A stretch of 64,000 bases of DNA from Bdellovibrio sp. (GTDB lineage Bacteria; Bdellovibrionota; Bdellovibrionia; Bdellovibrionales; Bdellovibrionaceae), in NCBI GenBank assembly GCA_036676395.1, contig JAKFCY010000003.1, positions 352,001 to 416,000 on the forward strand. Direction: 5' to 3'. Below are positions 30,712-43,498 of the stretch, in pieces (within the stretch, counting starts at the first letter, position 1; every line of letters begins with the position of its first letter). The position numbers were made by a program, and so were the translations under genes. The notes under the pieces are model-generated. The model was not told the origin of the DNA. It saw only the letters and a list, made by a program, of their open reading frames with translations, and did no database searches.

Positions 30712-30759
30712 ATGTGTCCCCTATCCTTAATAACTTTACGCCACTGTTAAGTGTGGCGG

Positions 30760-32346
30760 CTATGCCACCGCTGGGCTATTAGTTTTTGTTTCTTTTAATA
30801 AAAAATACTGTTGAATCACACCGAAAAGCGCACTCACGAAATTGTACAGAGTTAAACCACTCGGAAGAGTTAACATAAATAACGTAAATAAAATCGGCAT
30901 GAAATTTAAAATTTTAGCCTGTGTAGGATCCATCGTTGTCGGAGTCATTTTTTGTTGTAAGAACATTGTAATACCCATCAATACCGGGAATACAAAGAAT
31001 GGATCATGATAGCTTAAATCTGTGATCCAACCAAAGAATGGTTGTTGATAAATCTCAATGCTAGAGCCAATTGCGCGCCATAGAGCGAAGAAAATTGGAA
31101 TTTGAATTAACATTGGCAAACAACCAGATAAAGGGTTGGCGTTATTTTCTTTCATAACAGCCATGGTCTCTTTATTCATACGCATTGGATCGTCTTTAAA
31201 CTTCGCACGAATCGCATCAAGTTTTGGTTTCACTTTTTGCATTGATTGCGCAGATCTAAAAGACATGACGTTAAATGGTAAAAGAATCGAACGTACAACC
31301 AAAGTTAAAGCAATAATCGCCAAACCCCAGTTGCCAAAAATGCTGTGCATGAACACTAATAGTTTCATTAACAATGCCGAGATAAAACCGAACATACCGT
31401 AATTTAAAGTCTCAGTTAATTGTGTATCAATTTTAGCTAAGACTTCAGTTTGTTTTGGACCAAGATAAATCGCTTGGCTGATTTTGTTGATCTTAGCATC
31501 TTTAAGATTATAGCTGATATTTACAGAGGCTAAATTGCTTTCAACCTTATTTGTAATGCTTGGTACAATGTCAGCGCGATTTACAGAAGCCGCAGTAAAA
31601 TACTGTGTGCCAATTGATGCCATTGTCGCTGCTGGAGCCGCTTTTAAGAAGCTTTCGTTTTCTTTTAATCCCGCAATACTTTCGTTGTTCGCAGAACCGG
31701 CTTCCATCCAGATAAAATCTTGCTGTTCAAAGCTCGGAGTTAAAAAGTTTGTACTTTCTGGTTTATGATGTTTTTGAAATAATTTAAGCGCTAAAGAATC
31801 AAAACCTAAATCAAATTCAGCTTCAGAACTAAAAGATGAGGTCTCTTTATTATATGTTAATTTGCGGGTGATTTTTTTACCGTCTACAACTGCAGATCCG
31901 GTAAACTCAGATTCTCCAGCTTTTTCCACAGTGAAATTAACAACATTATTATTTGCTAATAATTCTGCTTGGCCTTCAACACTTGTAAAGTTGATTTGTT
32001 GGCCTTTTCTGTCGGTGTATTTTTTAAGAGTGAAATTTTTGATTCCTAAACCGCGAGATGAAACTTCAAATTTAACTGTGTCATCTTCGTAAGGAAACGT
32101 TTTTTCTTCTTCAACAGCTGTTGTCGCGGCAACTGTTGCTGAAGTGCTCGGTATAGTGGTTGCTGTTTCACCCGTTGTTGCCGTCGTGGTTGCGCTAGCT
32201 ATCGTTGCAACTTGTTCGGTAACTGGTTTTTGTGGGTATTTTTTACTTAAATAAAACTGCCAGCCCCATAAACCAAAAAATGTGAATGCTATGGCCATCA
32301 AAAATTTTGGATTTCCAAAGGGTGATTCGCTTTGATTTTTATTCAT
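30760..32346 (-). CDS. yidC: Membrane protein insertase YidC
   Basis: GNWGLAIIALT, NPLSGCLPMLIQIPIFFA, WITDLS..DP and PSGLTLY motifs. Confidence 0.96.
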   Translation of the reverse strand: MNKNQSESPFGNPKFLMAIAFTFFGLWGWQFYLSKKYPQKPVTEQVATIASATTTATTGETATTIPSTSATVAATTAVEEEKTFPYEDDTVKFEVSSRGLGIKNFTLKKYTDRKGQQINFTSVEGQAELLANNNVVNFTVEKAGESEFTGSAVVDGKKITRKLTYNKETSSFSSEAEFDLGFDSLALKLFQKHHKPESTNFLTPSFEQQDFIWMEAGSANNESIAGLKENESFLKAAPAATMASIGTQYFTAASVNRADIVPSITNKVESNLASVNISYNLKDAKINKISQAIYLGPKQTEVLAKIDTQLTETLNYGMFGFISALLMKLLVFMHSIFGNWGLAIIALTLVVRSILLPFNVMSFRSAQSMQKVKPKLDAIRAKFKDDPMRMNKETMAVMKENNANPLSGCLPMLIQIPIFFALWRAIGSSIEIYQQPFFGWITDLSYHDPFFVFPVLMGITMFLQQKMTPTTMDPTQAKILNFMPILFTLFMLTLPSGLTLYNFVSALFGVIQQYFLLKETKTNSPAVA

Positions 32347-32363
32347 CTGTATCCCTATCTTCT

Positions 32364-32606
32364 TTATGCCTTTGGTACCGGATCAAACCCCTTGTGGGAG
32401 CAGAACGGATGGCATTTAAGTAGTCTGACTGTTGTTAAACGAAAGGCTTTTAAGAAAGTGTGCGTCTGAAAGCTTTCAACTGCGTAATGCGAGCAGCTGG
32501 GATAAAACCGGCAATTTCCACCTAAAAAGTATGAAAATGAAGCCTGATAAAATTTCACTAAATATATAGATGCTTGGCTAGGCCATGACGGCCGAGACGA
32601 AATCAC
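32364..32606 (-). CDS. yidD: Membrane protein insertion efficiency factor YidD
   Basis: CRFYPSCSHYA and RLLKCHPF..GFDPVP motifs. Probable GTG start at 32606 overlaps the rnpA end. Confidence 0.88.
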   Translation of the reverse strand: MISSRPSWPSQASIYLVKFYQASFSYFLGGNCRFYPSCSHYAVESFQTHTFLKAFRLTTVRLLKCHPFCSHKGFDPVPKA

Positions 32607-32913
32607 TGTACTTGAGATTTTTGTAAAAACCTTCGGGTTGTGTTCTGAACATGAACACAACTTTTTTAGATTTGAATTTAGAACTCCAGCCTGCAGATCG
32701 TACACAGTTACGCACCCATCTCTTTAGCTTATTTCGTACTACGGCGGAGCCTACTTTTTTTGAAACTGTTATGCCGAAATACGCAAAATCATCCTTTGAA
32801 TCCAATGTAATTACGGTCAGATAAGAGGAAGCTCTTATCTTACGACCAGTTTTTGTAATTTGAGTGAATTCAGAGGAAAGCTTTATTGGAAAGACTTTAG
32901 AATTACTTTCCAC
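32578..32913 (-). CDS. rnpA: Ribonuclease P protein component
   Basis: [19 protein letters not shown] motif; GTG start overlaps the rpmH end. Confidence 0.92.
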   Translation of the reverse strand: MESNSKVFPIKLSSEFTQITKTGRKIRASSYLTVITLDSKDDFAYFGITVSKKVGSAVVRNKLKRWVRNCVRSAGWSSKFKSKKVVFMFRTQPEGFYKNLKYSDFVSAVMA

Positions 32914-33055
32914 CAGGTTTAACAGTTAATTTTTTACGGCCTTTAGCTCTACGACGAGCGATAGTTTTTTTACCTGCAGAAGTTTTCATTCTAGCACGGA
33001 AACCGTGTTTTTTAGCGCGACGTTTTTTGCTAGGTTGGTATGTACGTTTGCTCAT
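32903..33055 (-). CDS. rpmH: 50S ribosomal protein L34
   Basis: Not in the ORF track; translated by hand: [50 protein letters not shown]. Confidence 0.97.
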   Translation of the reverse strand: MSKRTYQPSKKRRAKKHGFRARMKTSAGKKTIARRRAKGRKKLTVKPGGK

Positions 33056-33223
33056 ATGTATCCTCTATATCTTTGTCTTTCGACTTTTACTCTTACGACG
33101 ATTAACCGTCTGTTGTAAGTTTTAACTTGCAAATATTTTAAGCTCTCCCAAAAAAGAGAATCCTAGTTAAAGCACATCGCGGCATCATGGTCAACTGTTG
33201 AAAACTGGCTCTGCCTTTGGTAG

Positions 33224-33232
33224 TTATCCACA
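33224..33232 (+). promoter_or_regulatory. DnaA box upstream of dnaA (autoregulation)
   Basis: Perfect TTATCCACA about 25 nt before the dnaA start. Confidence 0.75.
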
Positions 33233-33256
33233 TTCCGTTAATTGCTAGGGGGGCCA

Positions 33257-34678
33257 GTGCAGTTAAATTCAGCAAATTTGGATTCATCGTTTTGGAATCA
33301 AGTAAAGTCGACTATGAAGCAGAAGAGCGGTTCAAACCGTATCTTAGAGTCATATCTTGAGCCGGTGGAGTTTATTAGCACCGAAAAAAAGGATGATAAG
33401 TTCCATTTCACCCTATCTGTGCCTAACCAGTTCATCTATTTTTATGTGAATGAGAACCTTAAAGAAAAGATCGTAGCTGAAATTAAGAATCTTATTCCTG
33501 AAGAATTTGAGATTAATCTTATAGTTTCGGCAAAAAATACAATTGATTACAACTCATCATTGCAGGATGTGCTGCAAAATTCAGATGAATTGTTACAAGT
33601 TCAAAATAAATTAAACCAAGCCAAGCAACTCCCCGTAGTCGCCAATATGGATTTAATGGGTGAAGAGTTTACCTTTTCAACATTCGTTGTCGGTAAAAAT
33701 TCAGAATTTGCCCATGCAGCTACATATAATGTGTCGCAAAGCCCTGGCGAAGGTGATTACAATCCCCTCTTTATATATGGACCATCGGGAATGGGTAAAA
33801 CGCATTTATTAAAAGCGGCTATCCACCAGATTCACCAAAATTATCCACATTATCGCGTACTCTATACAAGTGCTGAAAAATTTCTAAATGAGTGCGTTCA
33901 ATCTATTCGTCGCCAAGAGATGGATAAATTTCGCATGAAATACCGCGAAAACTGCGATGTTTTAGTTGTCGATGACGTACAGTACATTGAACGTGGTGAA
34001 CGCGTTCAGGAAGAATTCTTCCATACCGTGAACGCATTTATTGAACGACGCCGCCAAGTGATCTTAGCCAGCGATCGTATGCCTAAAGATATTTTAAATT
34101 TAGAAGATAGATCGCGCACACGTTTAGAACGTGGATTAATCGCAGATATCACAATGCCCGATTTTGAAACACGGATAGCCATATTACGTTACAAAGTTGA
34201 AAAGAAAAATTTGCGTATCCCTGAAGATGCTATCCAATATTTAGCAAGAATTTCAAAACGCTCGATTCGTGAGCTTGAAGGCAATTTAAATAAAATTAAA
34301 ATGTTCTCTGAACTTCAAGGGGTAACGGTTAATTTAGAATTAGCGCGTAAAATTTTATCACATCACGAAAACACAGCGACTATTAGTGTTGATGAAATTT
34401 TACGAATTACGGCGGAATACTTCAAAATTCGCATTACTGATCTAAAATCAAGCAGCCGGGCGAAGCCAGTTGTAGTGCCTAGACAAATCGCAATGTGGTT
34501 GATCAAAAAGTTTTTAGATAAGTCTTTAGTTGAAATTGGTAAAACTTTTGGCGGTCGTGATCACACAACAGTCATCAATTCACTTGAAAAGGTCGAATCT
34601 ACACAGGCCAAAGATCTGCAATACAAAAGTGATATCGACGAGTTAGTGAACCAAATCCACAATATCACCGGTTTATAA
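33257..34678 (+). CDS. dnaA: Chromosomal replication initiator DnaA
   Basis: YNPLFIYGPSGMGKTHL, DDVQ, QEEFFH, RELEG and GGRDHTTV motifs; GTG start after a G-rich RBS. Confidence 0.98.
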   Translation: MQLNSANLDSSFWNQVKSTMKQKSGSNRILESYLEPVEFISTEKKDDKFHFTLSVPNQFIYFYVNENLKEKIVAEIKNLIPEEFEINLIVSAKNTIDYNSSLQDVLQNSDELLQVQNKLNQAKQLPVVANMDLMGEEFTFSTFVVGKNSEFAHAATYNVSQSPGEGDYNPLFIYGPSGMGKTHLLKAAIHQIHQNYPHYRVLYTSAEKFLNECVQSIRRQEMDKFRMKYRENCDVLVVDDVQYIERGERVQEEFFHTVNAFIERRRQVILASDRMPKDILNLEDRSRTRLERGLIADITMPDFETRIAILRYKVEKKNLRIPEDAIQYLARISKRSIRELEGNLNKIKMFSELQGVTVNLELARKILSHHENTATISVDEILRITAEYFKIRITDLKSSSRAKPVVVPRQIAMWLIKKFLDKSLVEIGKTFGGRDHTTVINSLEKVESTQAKDLQYKSDIDELVNQIHNITGL

Positions 34679-34920
34679 CATGTGGATTGTGGATAATTAT
34701 GTGGATTAGCTTTGTATAGTTTGGTGGACAAAGTTACCCCCAAATTCAGGCGAATAAAAAGGTAAGCTAGGCGTTGAGTTTTCCACAGGAAAAGGTTAGA
34801 AGTTTCAATAATTTAATAGAGTTTTACGGATAACTACAGCCCCTACTACTACGACTATATATTTATATATATAATAATAGGGAAAAAGGGATCCAAAAAA
34901 CAGAACCAAAAAGGCTTGAT
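34679..34920. other. Replication origin oriC
   Basis: dnaA-dnaN intergenic region with clustered DnaA boxes (TGTGGATAA 34688-96, TGTGGATTG, TGTGGATTA, TTTTCCACA, TACGGATAA), then GCCCC, TACTACTACGACTAT trios and an AT-rich tract. Confidence 0.9.
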
Positions 34921-36027
34921 ATGAAAATCGAAATTCAGAAAAAAGATTTATTAGGATTAATTGGTAGAACACAAAACATCGTTGAAAAAAGAAATACAAT
35001 GCCTGTTTTAGTGAATGTTCTTTTAGAAAGCTCTAATAATCAATTAAAGGCCTATGCAACGGATTTAGAAGTAAGCCTTACTGACAGCAGCCCAGCCGTG
35101 ATTAAAGAAGATGGCAAGGTCGCAGTGAGCGCTAAGAGCCTATTTGATTTAACTAAAGAACTTTTAGAAGGACCAATCCAATTAACTAAAAAAGATAATA
35201 ACTACTTAGAAATCAAGCAGGGTAAGTTTTTATCTAAAATTGTTGGTGTTGCTGCTGAAGAGTATCCAGTGTTCCCAACTTACAAATCTGAAAACTTCTC
35301 AAAAATTGATGCGTCAGAATTTAAGCAGATGATCGATAAAACTATTTATTCTGTTTCAAACGATGAGACTCGTTACCACTTAAACGGAGTTTTTTTTGAA
35401 GCCTCTGATATGAACAATGTGACAATGGTTGCTACTGATGGTCACCGTCTAAGTTTAATTAAAAAAACTTTCGCCGGCTTAACTTTCACCGACAAAGTTG
35501 GCGTGATTATTCCTAAAAAAGGTTTATTCGAAATTAAAAAATTAATTGAGAACACAGTTGAAGATGTATTTGTCGCTGTAGAAGGTTCACAATTTATTGT
35601 TAAATGTGGCACTTGTGTATTGATGATTCGTTTGATCGAAGGCAAGTACCCGAATTATCAACAGTTTATTCCACAAAAGTTATCTCACAAAATTAAAATT
35701 CCTCGTGAAATGATTTTATCTTCGTTAAAAAAAGTTTCTTTATTAGCGAACCAAAAATCAAAAGCGATTTTATTTTCATTCACATCAAATAAATTAGAAA
35801 TCACTTCAAGCAATCCAGAACTTGGTGATGCTAAAGATGAATTAGATGTTGATTACACTGGGCCTGATTTAAAAATCGGTTTTAATGCAAGATACATTGA
35901 AGATGTTTTAAAAAATATCGAACAAGAAAGTATCGAGATCGAATTAAATGATCAGACTTCTCCTGGCGTTTTAAAAGCGCACGGTAAAAATGATTACATC
36001 AACGTAGTTATGCCTATGAGAATTTGA
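34921..36027 (+). CDS. dnaN: DNA polymerase III beta clamp
   Basis: ATDLEV, DETRYHLNGV, VATDGHRL, GFNARY and VVMPMR motifs. Confidence 0.97.
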   Translation: MKIEIQKKDLLGLIGRTQNIVEKRNTMPVLVNVLLESSNNQLKAYATDLEVSLTDSSPAVIKEDGKVAVSAKSLFDLTKELLEGPIQLTKKDNNYLEIKQGKFLSKIVGVAAEEYPVFPTYKSENFSKIDASEFKQMIDKTIYSVSNDETRYHLNGVFFEASDMNNVTMVATDGHRLSLIKKTFAGLTFTDKVGVIIPKKGLFEIKKLIENTVEDVFVAVEGSQFIVKCGTCVLMIRLIEGKYPNYQQFIPQKLSHKIKIPREMILSSLKKVSLLANQKSKAILFSFTSNKLEITSSNPELGDAKDELDVDYTGPDLKIGFNARYIEDVLKNIEQESIEIELNDQTSPGVLKAHGKNDYINVVMPMRI

Positions 36028-37160
36028 TGCAATTAAATACGCTCGGGTTGAAAAACTTTAGAAACATTTCTGAAGCTTTTCTACGGCTTTCTCCACGCCT
36101 TAATATTTTTATTGGCGATAATGGTCAGGGAAAAACAAATTTTATCGAAAGTATTCATCTTCTGATTGAGGGTGAATCTTTTAGATACTCTGATTATTCA
36201 ACACTTGTTCAATTCGGCCATCAGAATGCTTTTATCAAAGCCACTTTAATAAATAACGATCTTGAATACCAAATACTGTTGAAAATTCTGGGGAATAAGA
36301 AAGAAACTTTGGTGAATGATAAAAAAACCACCAAGATTGAGCAGTATTTGCCTCCTGTTGTGTTATTTTCACCTGAAAGCCTATCAGTGATCAAAGAAAG
36401 TGCTGATGAGCGTAGAAAGCTTTTAGATAGCTTAATCGAAACCAGCATAAAAAATGGTAAACAGTTATTACTAGATTTTAAAAAAGCCTTAAGAACGCGC
36501 AATAAAATTTTAAAAGATATTTCTGAAGAAAAAATATCTCGTGATATGGGATTGCAAACATTGGAGAGCATCAATCAGATCTATTTTAATTTAGCCGGTA
36601 AGCTTACCTACCTGCGAATTAAATGTCTGACCGACATCAAACCCTTTGTGCAAGAGGCTTTGGTTAAAATCGAAGCAAAAAATCCAAATGTGACGTTTGA
36701 TTTTTCTTACGTTATTTCAGATCAAAAAATTGTGGAAAATTCTGAGGAAATGTTGATAAACCTCATGAAAAAAAGAGCTCAAGAATTGCTTCCAGCTGAG
36801 CTTTCCGCAGGCATAAGTTTAGTTGGTCCGCAGAAGCATGATGTCATATTTCTATATAGCGGAAATGACTCACGATTCTACTCTTCACAGGGACAACAAA
36901 GATCTATCATATTAGCTTTCAAAATGGCTCAAATCGTGTATCATTACAGGGTTAACGGATTCTATCCTGTTTTGTTATTGGATGATGTGTTGTCAGAGCT
37001 CGATCAAACTAAGCAAAGTTCGCTTGTTTTGGCGTTGAATGAAATTCAAACGCAGACCTTTCTCACCTCTACTGATATCGAAGTTTTAAAAAAACTGAAC
37101 ATCGATAGTAGTATCGTTTTCAAAGTACAAAATGGATTTGTACAAAGCGAAAATAAGTAA
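36027..37160 (+). CDS. recF: DNA replication and repair protein RecF
   Basis: NFRN, GDNGQGKTN, SQGQQRS and LLLDDVLSELD motifs; TGATG overlap with dnaN. Confidence 0.95.
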   Translation: MQLNTLGLKNFRNISEAFLRLSPRLNIFIGDNGQGKTNFIESIHLLIEGESFRYSDYSTLVQFGHQNAFIKATLINNDLEYQILLKILGNKKETLVNDKKTTKIEQYLPPVVLFSPESLSVIKESADERRKLLDSLIETSIKNGKQLLLDFKKALRTRNKILKDISEEKISRDMGLQTLESINQIYFNLAGKLTYLRIKCLTDIKPFVQEALVKIEAKNPNVTFDFSYVISDQKIVENSEEMLINLMKKRAQELLPAELSAGISLVGPQKHDVIFLYSGNDSRFYSSQGQQRSIILAFKMAQIVYHYRVNGFYPVLLLDDVLSELDQTKQSSLVLALNEIQTQTFLTSTDIEVLKKLNIDSSIVFKVQNGFVQSENK

Positions 37161-37182
37161 ATTTTAAAAATTTATTTTTTAA

Positions 37183-39636
<2,454 letters not shown>

Positions 39637-39649
39637 AGGGAAAAGTTAG

Positions 39650-42115
39650 ATGGATTCAAACGAAACACCAGTTAGAGGCGTAACTAACGTAGATATTAAT
39701 AAAGAAATGCGCGAAGCTTACTTACAGTATTCAATGTCTGTAATCGTGGGGCGCGCATTACCAGATGTGCGTGATGGTTTAAAACCAGTTCACAGACGCG
39801 TGTTGTTCGCGCAGCATGAATTATCAAATACTCATGATAAACCCTATAAAAAATCGGCACGTGTTGTCGGTGACGTTATCGGTAAATACCATCCGCATGG
39901 TGATACTGCGGCTTACGATACTATGGTTCGTATGGCGCAAGATTTTTCGCTACGCTACCCGTTGATTGATGGTCAGGGTAACTTCGGTTCTATCGATGGC
40001 GATTCGGCCGCAGCTTCTCGTTATACAGAAGTTCGTATGACTCGTTTGGCAGAAGAATTACTTGCTGATATCGAAAAAGAAACTGTAGCTCACGGACCCA
40101 ATTACGATGACTCTTTAGAAATTCCGCTAGTTTTACCTGCTAAATTTCCTAATTTATTAGTGAATGGTTCATCAGGTATTGCGGTTGGTATGGCGACAAA
40201 TATTCCGCCACACAACTTAGGCGAAGTGATCGACGGAGCAATTCATTTAATTAATAATCCAGACTGTTCGATTGATGAATTAATCGAAAGAATTCCAGGA
40301 CCGGATTTTCCAACAGCTGGTTTAATCGCAGGCCGCGCAGGGATCTTACAGGCTTATAAAAAAGGCCGCGGGATCATCACTTTAAAAGCGCGCACTGAAA
40401 TTGAAACTAAAAAAGATCACGAAGAAATTATCGTGACTGAACTTCCGTACCAAGTGAACAAAGCAAAACTAATTGAAAGTATTGCTGATCTTGTGAAAGA
40501 AAAAACTGTTGAAGGTATCTCTGATATCCGCGACGAATCTTCTCGTGAAGGTATGCGCGTAGTTATTATTTTAAAACGTAACGAAAACGCATCTGTTATT
40601 TTAAATCGTTTATTTAAATACACTCAGCTTCAAGTAAGCTTTGGTATTATCATGCTTGCGATTGATAAAACGAATCAACCGGTAACATTCGACTTAAAAG
40701 CGATGTTAGAAGCTTTCGTTGATCACAGACGTGATGTTGTAACTAAACGTTGTATTTTCGAACTTAAAAAAGCTCAAGAGCGCGCTCATATTTTAGAAGG
40801 CTTGAAAAAAGCGTTAGATAATATCGATGCGGTTATTGCTACGATTAAGGCTTCAAAAGAAGCTAATCAAGCTCGTGAAGCGTTACAAACTACATTTCAA
40901 TTCTCTGAGCGCCAGGCAACAGCGATCTTAGAAATGCGTTTACAACGTTTAACTGGTTTAGAAATTCAAAAAATCATTGATGAATTAGCAGAGATTACAA
41001 AACAAATTAACTGGTTAAGATTCGTTTTAGCTGACGTTAAAGAAATCTATAAAATCATCGTTGGTGAATTAGAAGACATTAGAAAAAAATATGCAGATCC
41101 ACGCCGCTCTGAAATCACGGGTGATATGGAAGATCTTGAAGACGAAGACTTAATTGCTGATGAAGCAATGGTTGTGACTGTGACTAACACAGGTTACATC
41201 AAGCGTATTTCGACTGAAGAATACCGCGTACAAAAACGTGGTGGTAAAGGCCTTAAAGGCATGGAGACTCGCGAAGAAGACTATGTAACCGATATCTTTA
41301 CAGCAAGTACGAAAACTCAGTTATTAGTGTTCACAGATAAAGGTAAAGTTTACTGGTGTAAAGTTCATAAATTACCATTGGGTAACAGAACTTCTAAAGG
41401 TAAAGCGATTGCCAATGTTGTTCAGCTTGCAGCTGGCGAAAAAGTAAAAGCGATTTTACCGGTAAATGAATTTAGCGAAAATAAATATGTTGTGATGTTA
41501 ACTGAAAAAGGGATCATCAAAAAAACATCTTTAGATGCATTTAATAATCCACGCCAAGCAGGTATTATTGCTTTAACTACGGATCTTGATGATCAGCTAG
41601 TGGCCGCAAAAATTTCTGATGGCCAAAGTGATATTTTCATCGCAACCAAAGAAGGTATGTCGATTCGTTTTAACGAAGATGACGTGCGTGGCATGGGCAG
41701 ATCTGCTCGTGGCGTGAAGGGTATGACTTTAGCTAAAGAAGATATCGTAGTGGGCTTCCAAGTGATCGAGAAAGACACGAAAGATACTTTATTGATGGTA
41801 ACTTCAAAAGGTTACGGCAAACGTTCAGAAGTATCAGAATATCGCGTACAAAGCCGCGGTGGTGTTGGTATCATTACGCAAAAAACAACGGATAAAGTTG
41901 GTATTGTGGTTGGAACATTAAAAGTTAATGCCGCACAAGAATTGATTTTATCTACGGATCAAGGCCAAGTTATTAGAATGAAAATTTCTGATATTTCTGT
42001 TCTTGGACGTAATACTCAAGGTGTTAGATTAATTAACTTAGATGAAAAACAAGAATTCGTGTCAGGTTTAGCTGTTGTCGATGATGAAGATAAAGCCGGC
42101 GAAGAAATCCATTAA
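39650..42115 (+). CDS. gyrA: DNA gyrase subunit A
   Basis: GKYHPHGD, ASRYTE, GyrA-box QKRGGKG and beta-pinwheel CTD. Confidence 0.98.
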   Translation: MDSNETPVRGVTNVDINKEMREAYLQYSMSVIVGRALPDVRDGLKPVHRRVLFAQHELSNTHDKPYKKSARVVGDVIGKYHPHGDTAAYDTMVRMAQDFSLRYPLIDGQGNFGSIDGDSAAASRYTEVRMTRLAEELLADIEKETVAHGPNYDDSLEIPLVLPAKFPNLLVNGSSGIAVGMATNIPPHNLGEVIDGAIHLINNPDCSIDELIERIPGPDFPTAGLIAGRAGILQAYKKGRGIITLKARTEIETKKDHEEIIVTELPYQVNKAKLIESIADLVKEKTVEGISDIRDESSREGMRVVIILKRNENASVILNRLFKYTQLQVSFGIIMLAIDKTNQPVTFDLKAMLEAFVDHRRDVVTKRCIFELKKAQERAHILEGLKKALDNIDAVIATIKASKEANQAREALQTTFQFSERQATAILEMRLQRLTGLEIQKIIDELAEITKQINWLRFVLADVKEIYKIIVGELEDIRKKYADPRRSEITGDMEDLEDEDLIADEAMVVTVTNTGYIKRISTEEYRVQKRGGKGLKGMETREEDYVTDIFTASTKTQLLVFTDKGKVYWCKVHKLPLGNRTSKGKAIANVVQLAAGEKVKAILPVNEFSENKYVVMLTEKGIIKKTSLDAFNNPRQAGIIALTTDLDDQLVAAKISDGQSDIFIATKEGMSIRFNEDDVRGMGRSARGVKGMTLAKEDIVVGFQVIEKDTKDTLLMVTSKGYGKRSEVSEYRVQSRGGVGIITQKTTDKVGIVVGTLKVNAAQELILSTDQGQVIRMKISDISVLGRNTQGVRLINLDEKQEFVSGLAVVDDEDKAGEEIH

Positions 42116-42902
42116 GTTATTCACACTTCTTTTTATGGCAGGTGCCATTAGTGCCTGCCAATCTAGAGCTGAAAAATTTTATCATTTAGCGCAAACAAAA
42201 ATCGAACAGCGTCAGTTTTCTGATGCTGTTGAATTGTTAGAAAACTCTGCTGAATTAGAAAAAAATAATCGCATCTGGTCTAAAACTAATTTTGAAATTG
42301 CCAGAATCCTGCGTTTTGAAATTCAAGATTACAATAAAGCCCTGTTCGTCTATCGTGAACTTATTTTAAAATCCGAAGAAGCCTCTATTCGCTTGTTATC
42401 ACAAGAAGCTATTGCTGAAATTTATTTTGAAAATATTCAAGACTACATCACCGCAGTTAAAGAATACTTGTTATTAGAATCACTGATTAGAGATCCTGAA
42501 AAATTAGAACGCATTCGTCTTAAAATTGCTCAGTGCTATAGATACACCGGAAGTTTTAAAACAGCGCTTGAATATATCGAAGTGTTTTTAAACTCAGCTA
42601 AGACTGAAAAAAATTCCTTTTTAAAATTAAAAGCTCAAACCTATGCCTCATTAGGTCAGTACGATGAAGCCATTAAAAACTATAACTTAATTCTATCGAA
42701 CGACCCGAAATACTTTTTAGATGAAAACCTATATGTAGTGGTTGCGATGGCTTACGAAGAAAAACAGGATTACAAAACGGCTTTGGCTTACATCCAACAA
42801 AACAAAAATAAAATTAAAGACGGCTCTTATGTTGAGCTAAGAATTAAGCGACTAAATGAAAAGCTTTTGAATAAGCCGTTCACAAAGGGAGTTCGTAAAT
42901 GA
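42081..42902 (+). CDS. TPR-repeat lipoprotein
   Basis: Lipobox AISAC and multiple TPR-like helices (A..Y..LG.Y.EA...Y); overlaps the gyrA end. Confidence 0.75.
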   Translation: MMKIKPAKKSIKLFTLLFMAGAISACQSRAEKFYHLAQTKIEQRQFSDAVELLENSAELEKNNRIWSKTNFEIARILRFEIQDYNKALFVYRELILKSEEASIRLLSQEAIAEIYFENIQDYITAVKEYLLLESLIRDPEKLERIRLKIAQCYRYTGSFKTALEYIEVFLNSAKTEKNSFLKLKAQTYASLGQYDEAIKNYNLILSNDPKYFLDENLYVVVAMAYEEKQDYKTALAYIQQNKNKIKDGSYVELRIKRLNEKLLNKPFTKGVRK

Positions 42903-43117
42903 GTAAGCCAGCGAAGAAAAATAAATACCTTATGTTCGGTGCGATTGGCTTCGAATTGATATCGCTTATTTTGTTTGCAATTTATGGCGGCGAATATTTG
43001 GTTAAACAAGGCTATCCGAACTACTTGAAAGCTTTATTCATTGTCTTGGCATTTGTTGTATGGTTTATCAGTCTTATCACTAAGTTACGCTCGATCGAAA
43101 AAAATAAAGATCAGTAG
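42899..43117 (+). CDS. atpZ: AtpZ/AtpI-family small membrane protein
   Basis: Two TM helices, IGFEL...GGEYL; upstream of atpI/atpB. Confidence 0.65.
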   Translation: MSKPAKKNKYLMFGAIGFELISLILFAIYGGEYLVKQGYPNYLKALFIVLAFVVWFISLITKLRSIEKNKDQ

Positions 43118-43130
43118 AAAGACCTCTATA

Positions 43131-43481
43131 ATGATTAAAAAAATCGCACTTTTATCCTTGCTAACCGCGATTGTTGCGGGACTTGCCGCCTGGCTTTTCA
43201 CAAAACCAGATATGGCCGCAACCGGATTTGCGACGCATGTGATGTTAATCCTAAATATGCTAGGAATTTGGCTTATTTGGAGTGTGGTTTTCGAGAAAAA
43301 ATCGGTTGCCCTAGGGGTCGTGATCATTATATTAAAATACCCATTGCTTGGATATATTGTCGTACAGATGAGCCGCCAAACTTGGTTTAGTTCTATTGGC
43401 GTTTTAATCGGATTTTCATCGTTTGTACTTTCAATCGTCTTAGCAGCATTAGTTAGACACAAACTTGAAAACAAAACTTAA
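43131..43481 (+). CDS. atpI: ATP synthase assembly protein I
   Basis: Four TM helices with LKY and GVLIGFS; directly before atpB. Confidence 0.65.
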   Translation: MIKKIALLSLLTAIVAGLAAWLFTKPDMAATGFATHVMLILNMLGIWLIWSVVFEKKSVALGVVIIILKYPLLGYIVVQMSRQTWFSSIGVLIGFSSFVLSIVLAALVRHKLENKT

Positions 43482-43498
43482 AGCGTAAGGAAACGATT

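Noticed and set aside
32607..32705. Long yidD N-terminal extension overlapping rnpA
   Set aside because: There is no YidD similarity in this part; GTG 32606 gives a normal length.
34844..34880. Short tandem TAC/TA repeats as microsatellite or CRISPR-like feature
   Set aside because: They are explained as DnaA-trios and the AT-rich unwinding region; there is no repeat-spacer structure.
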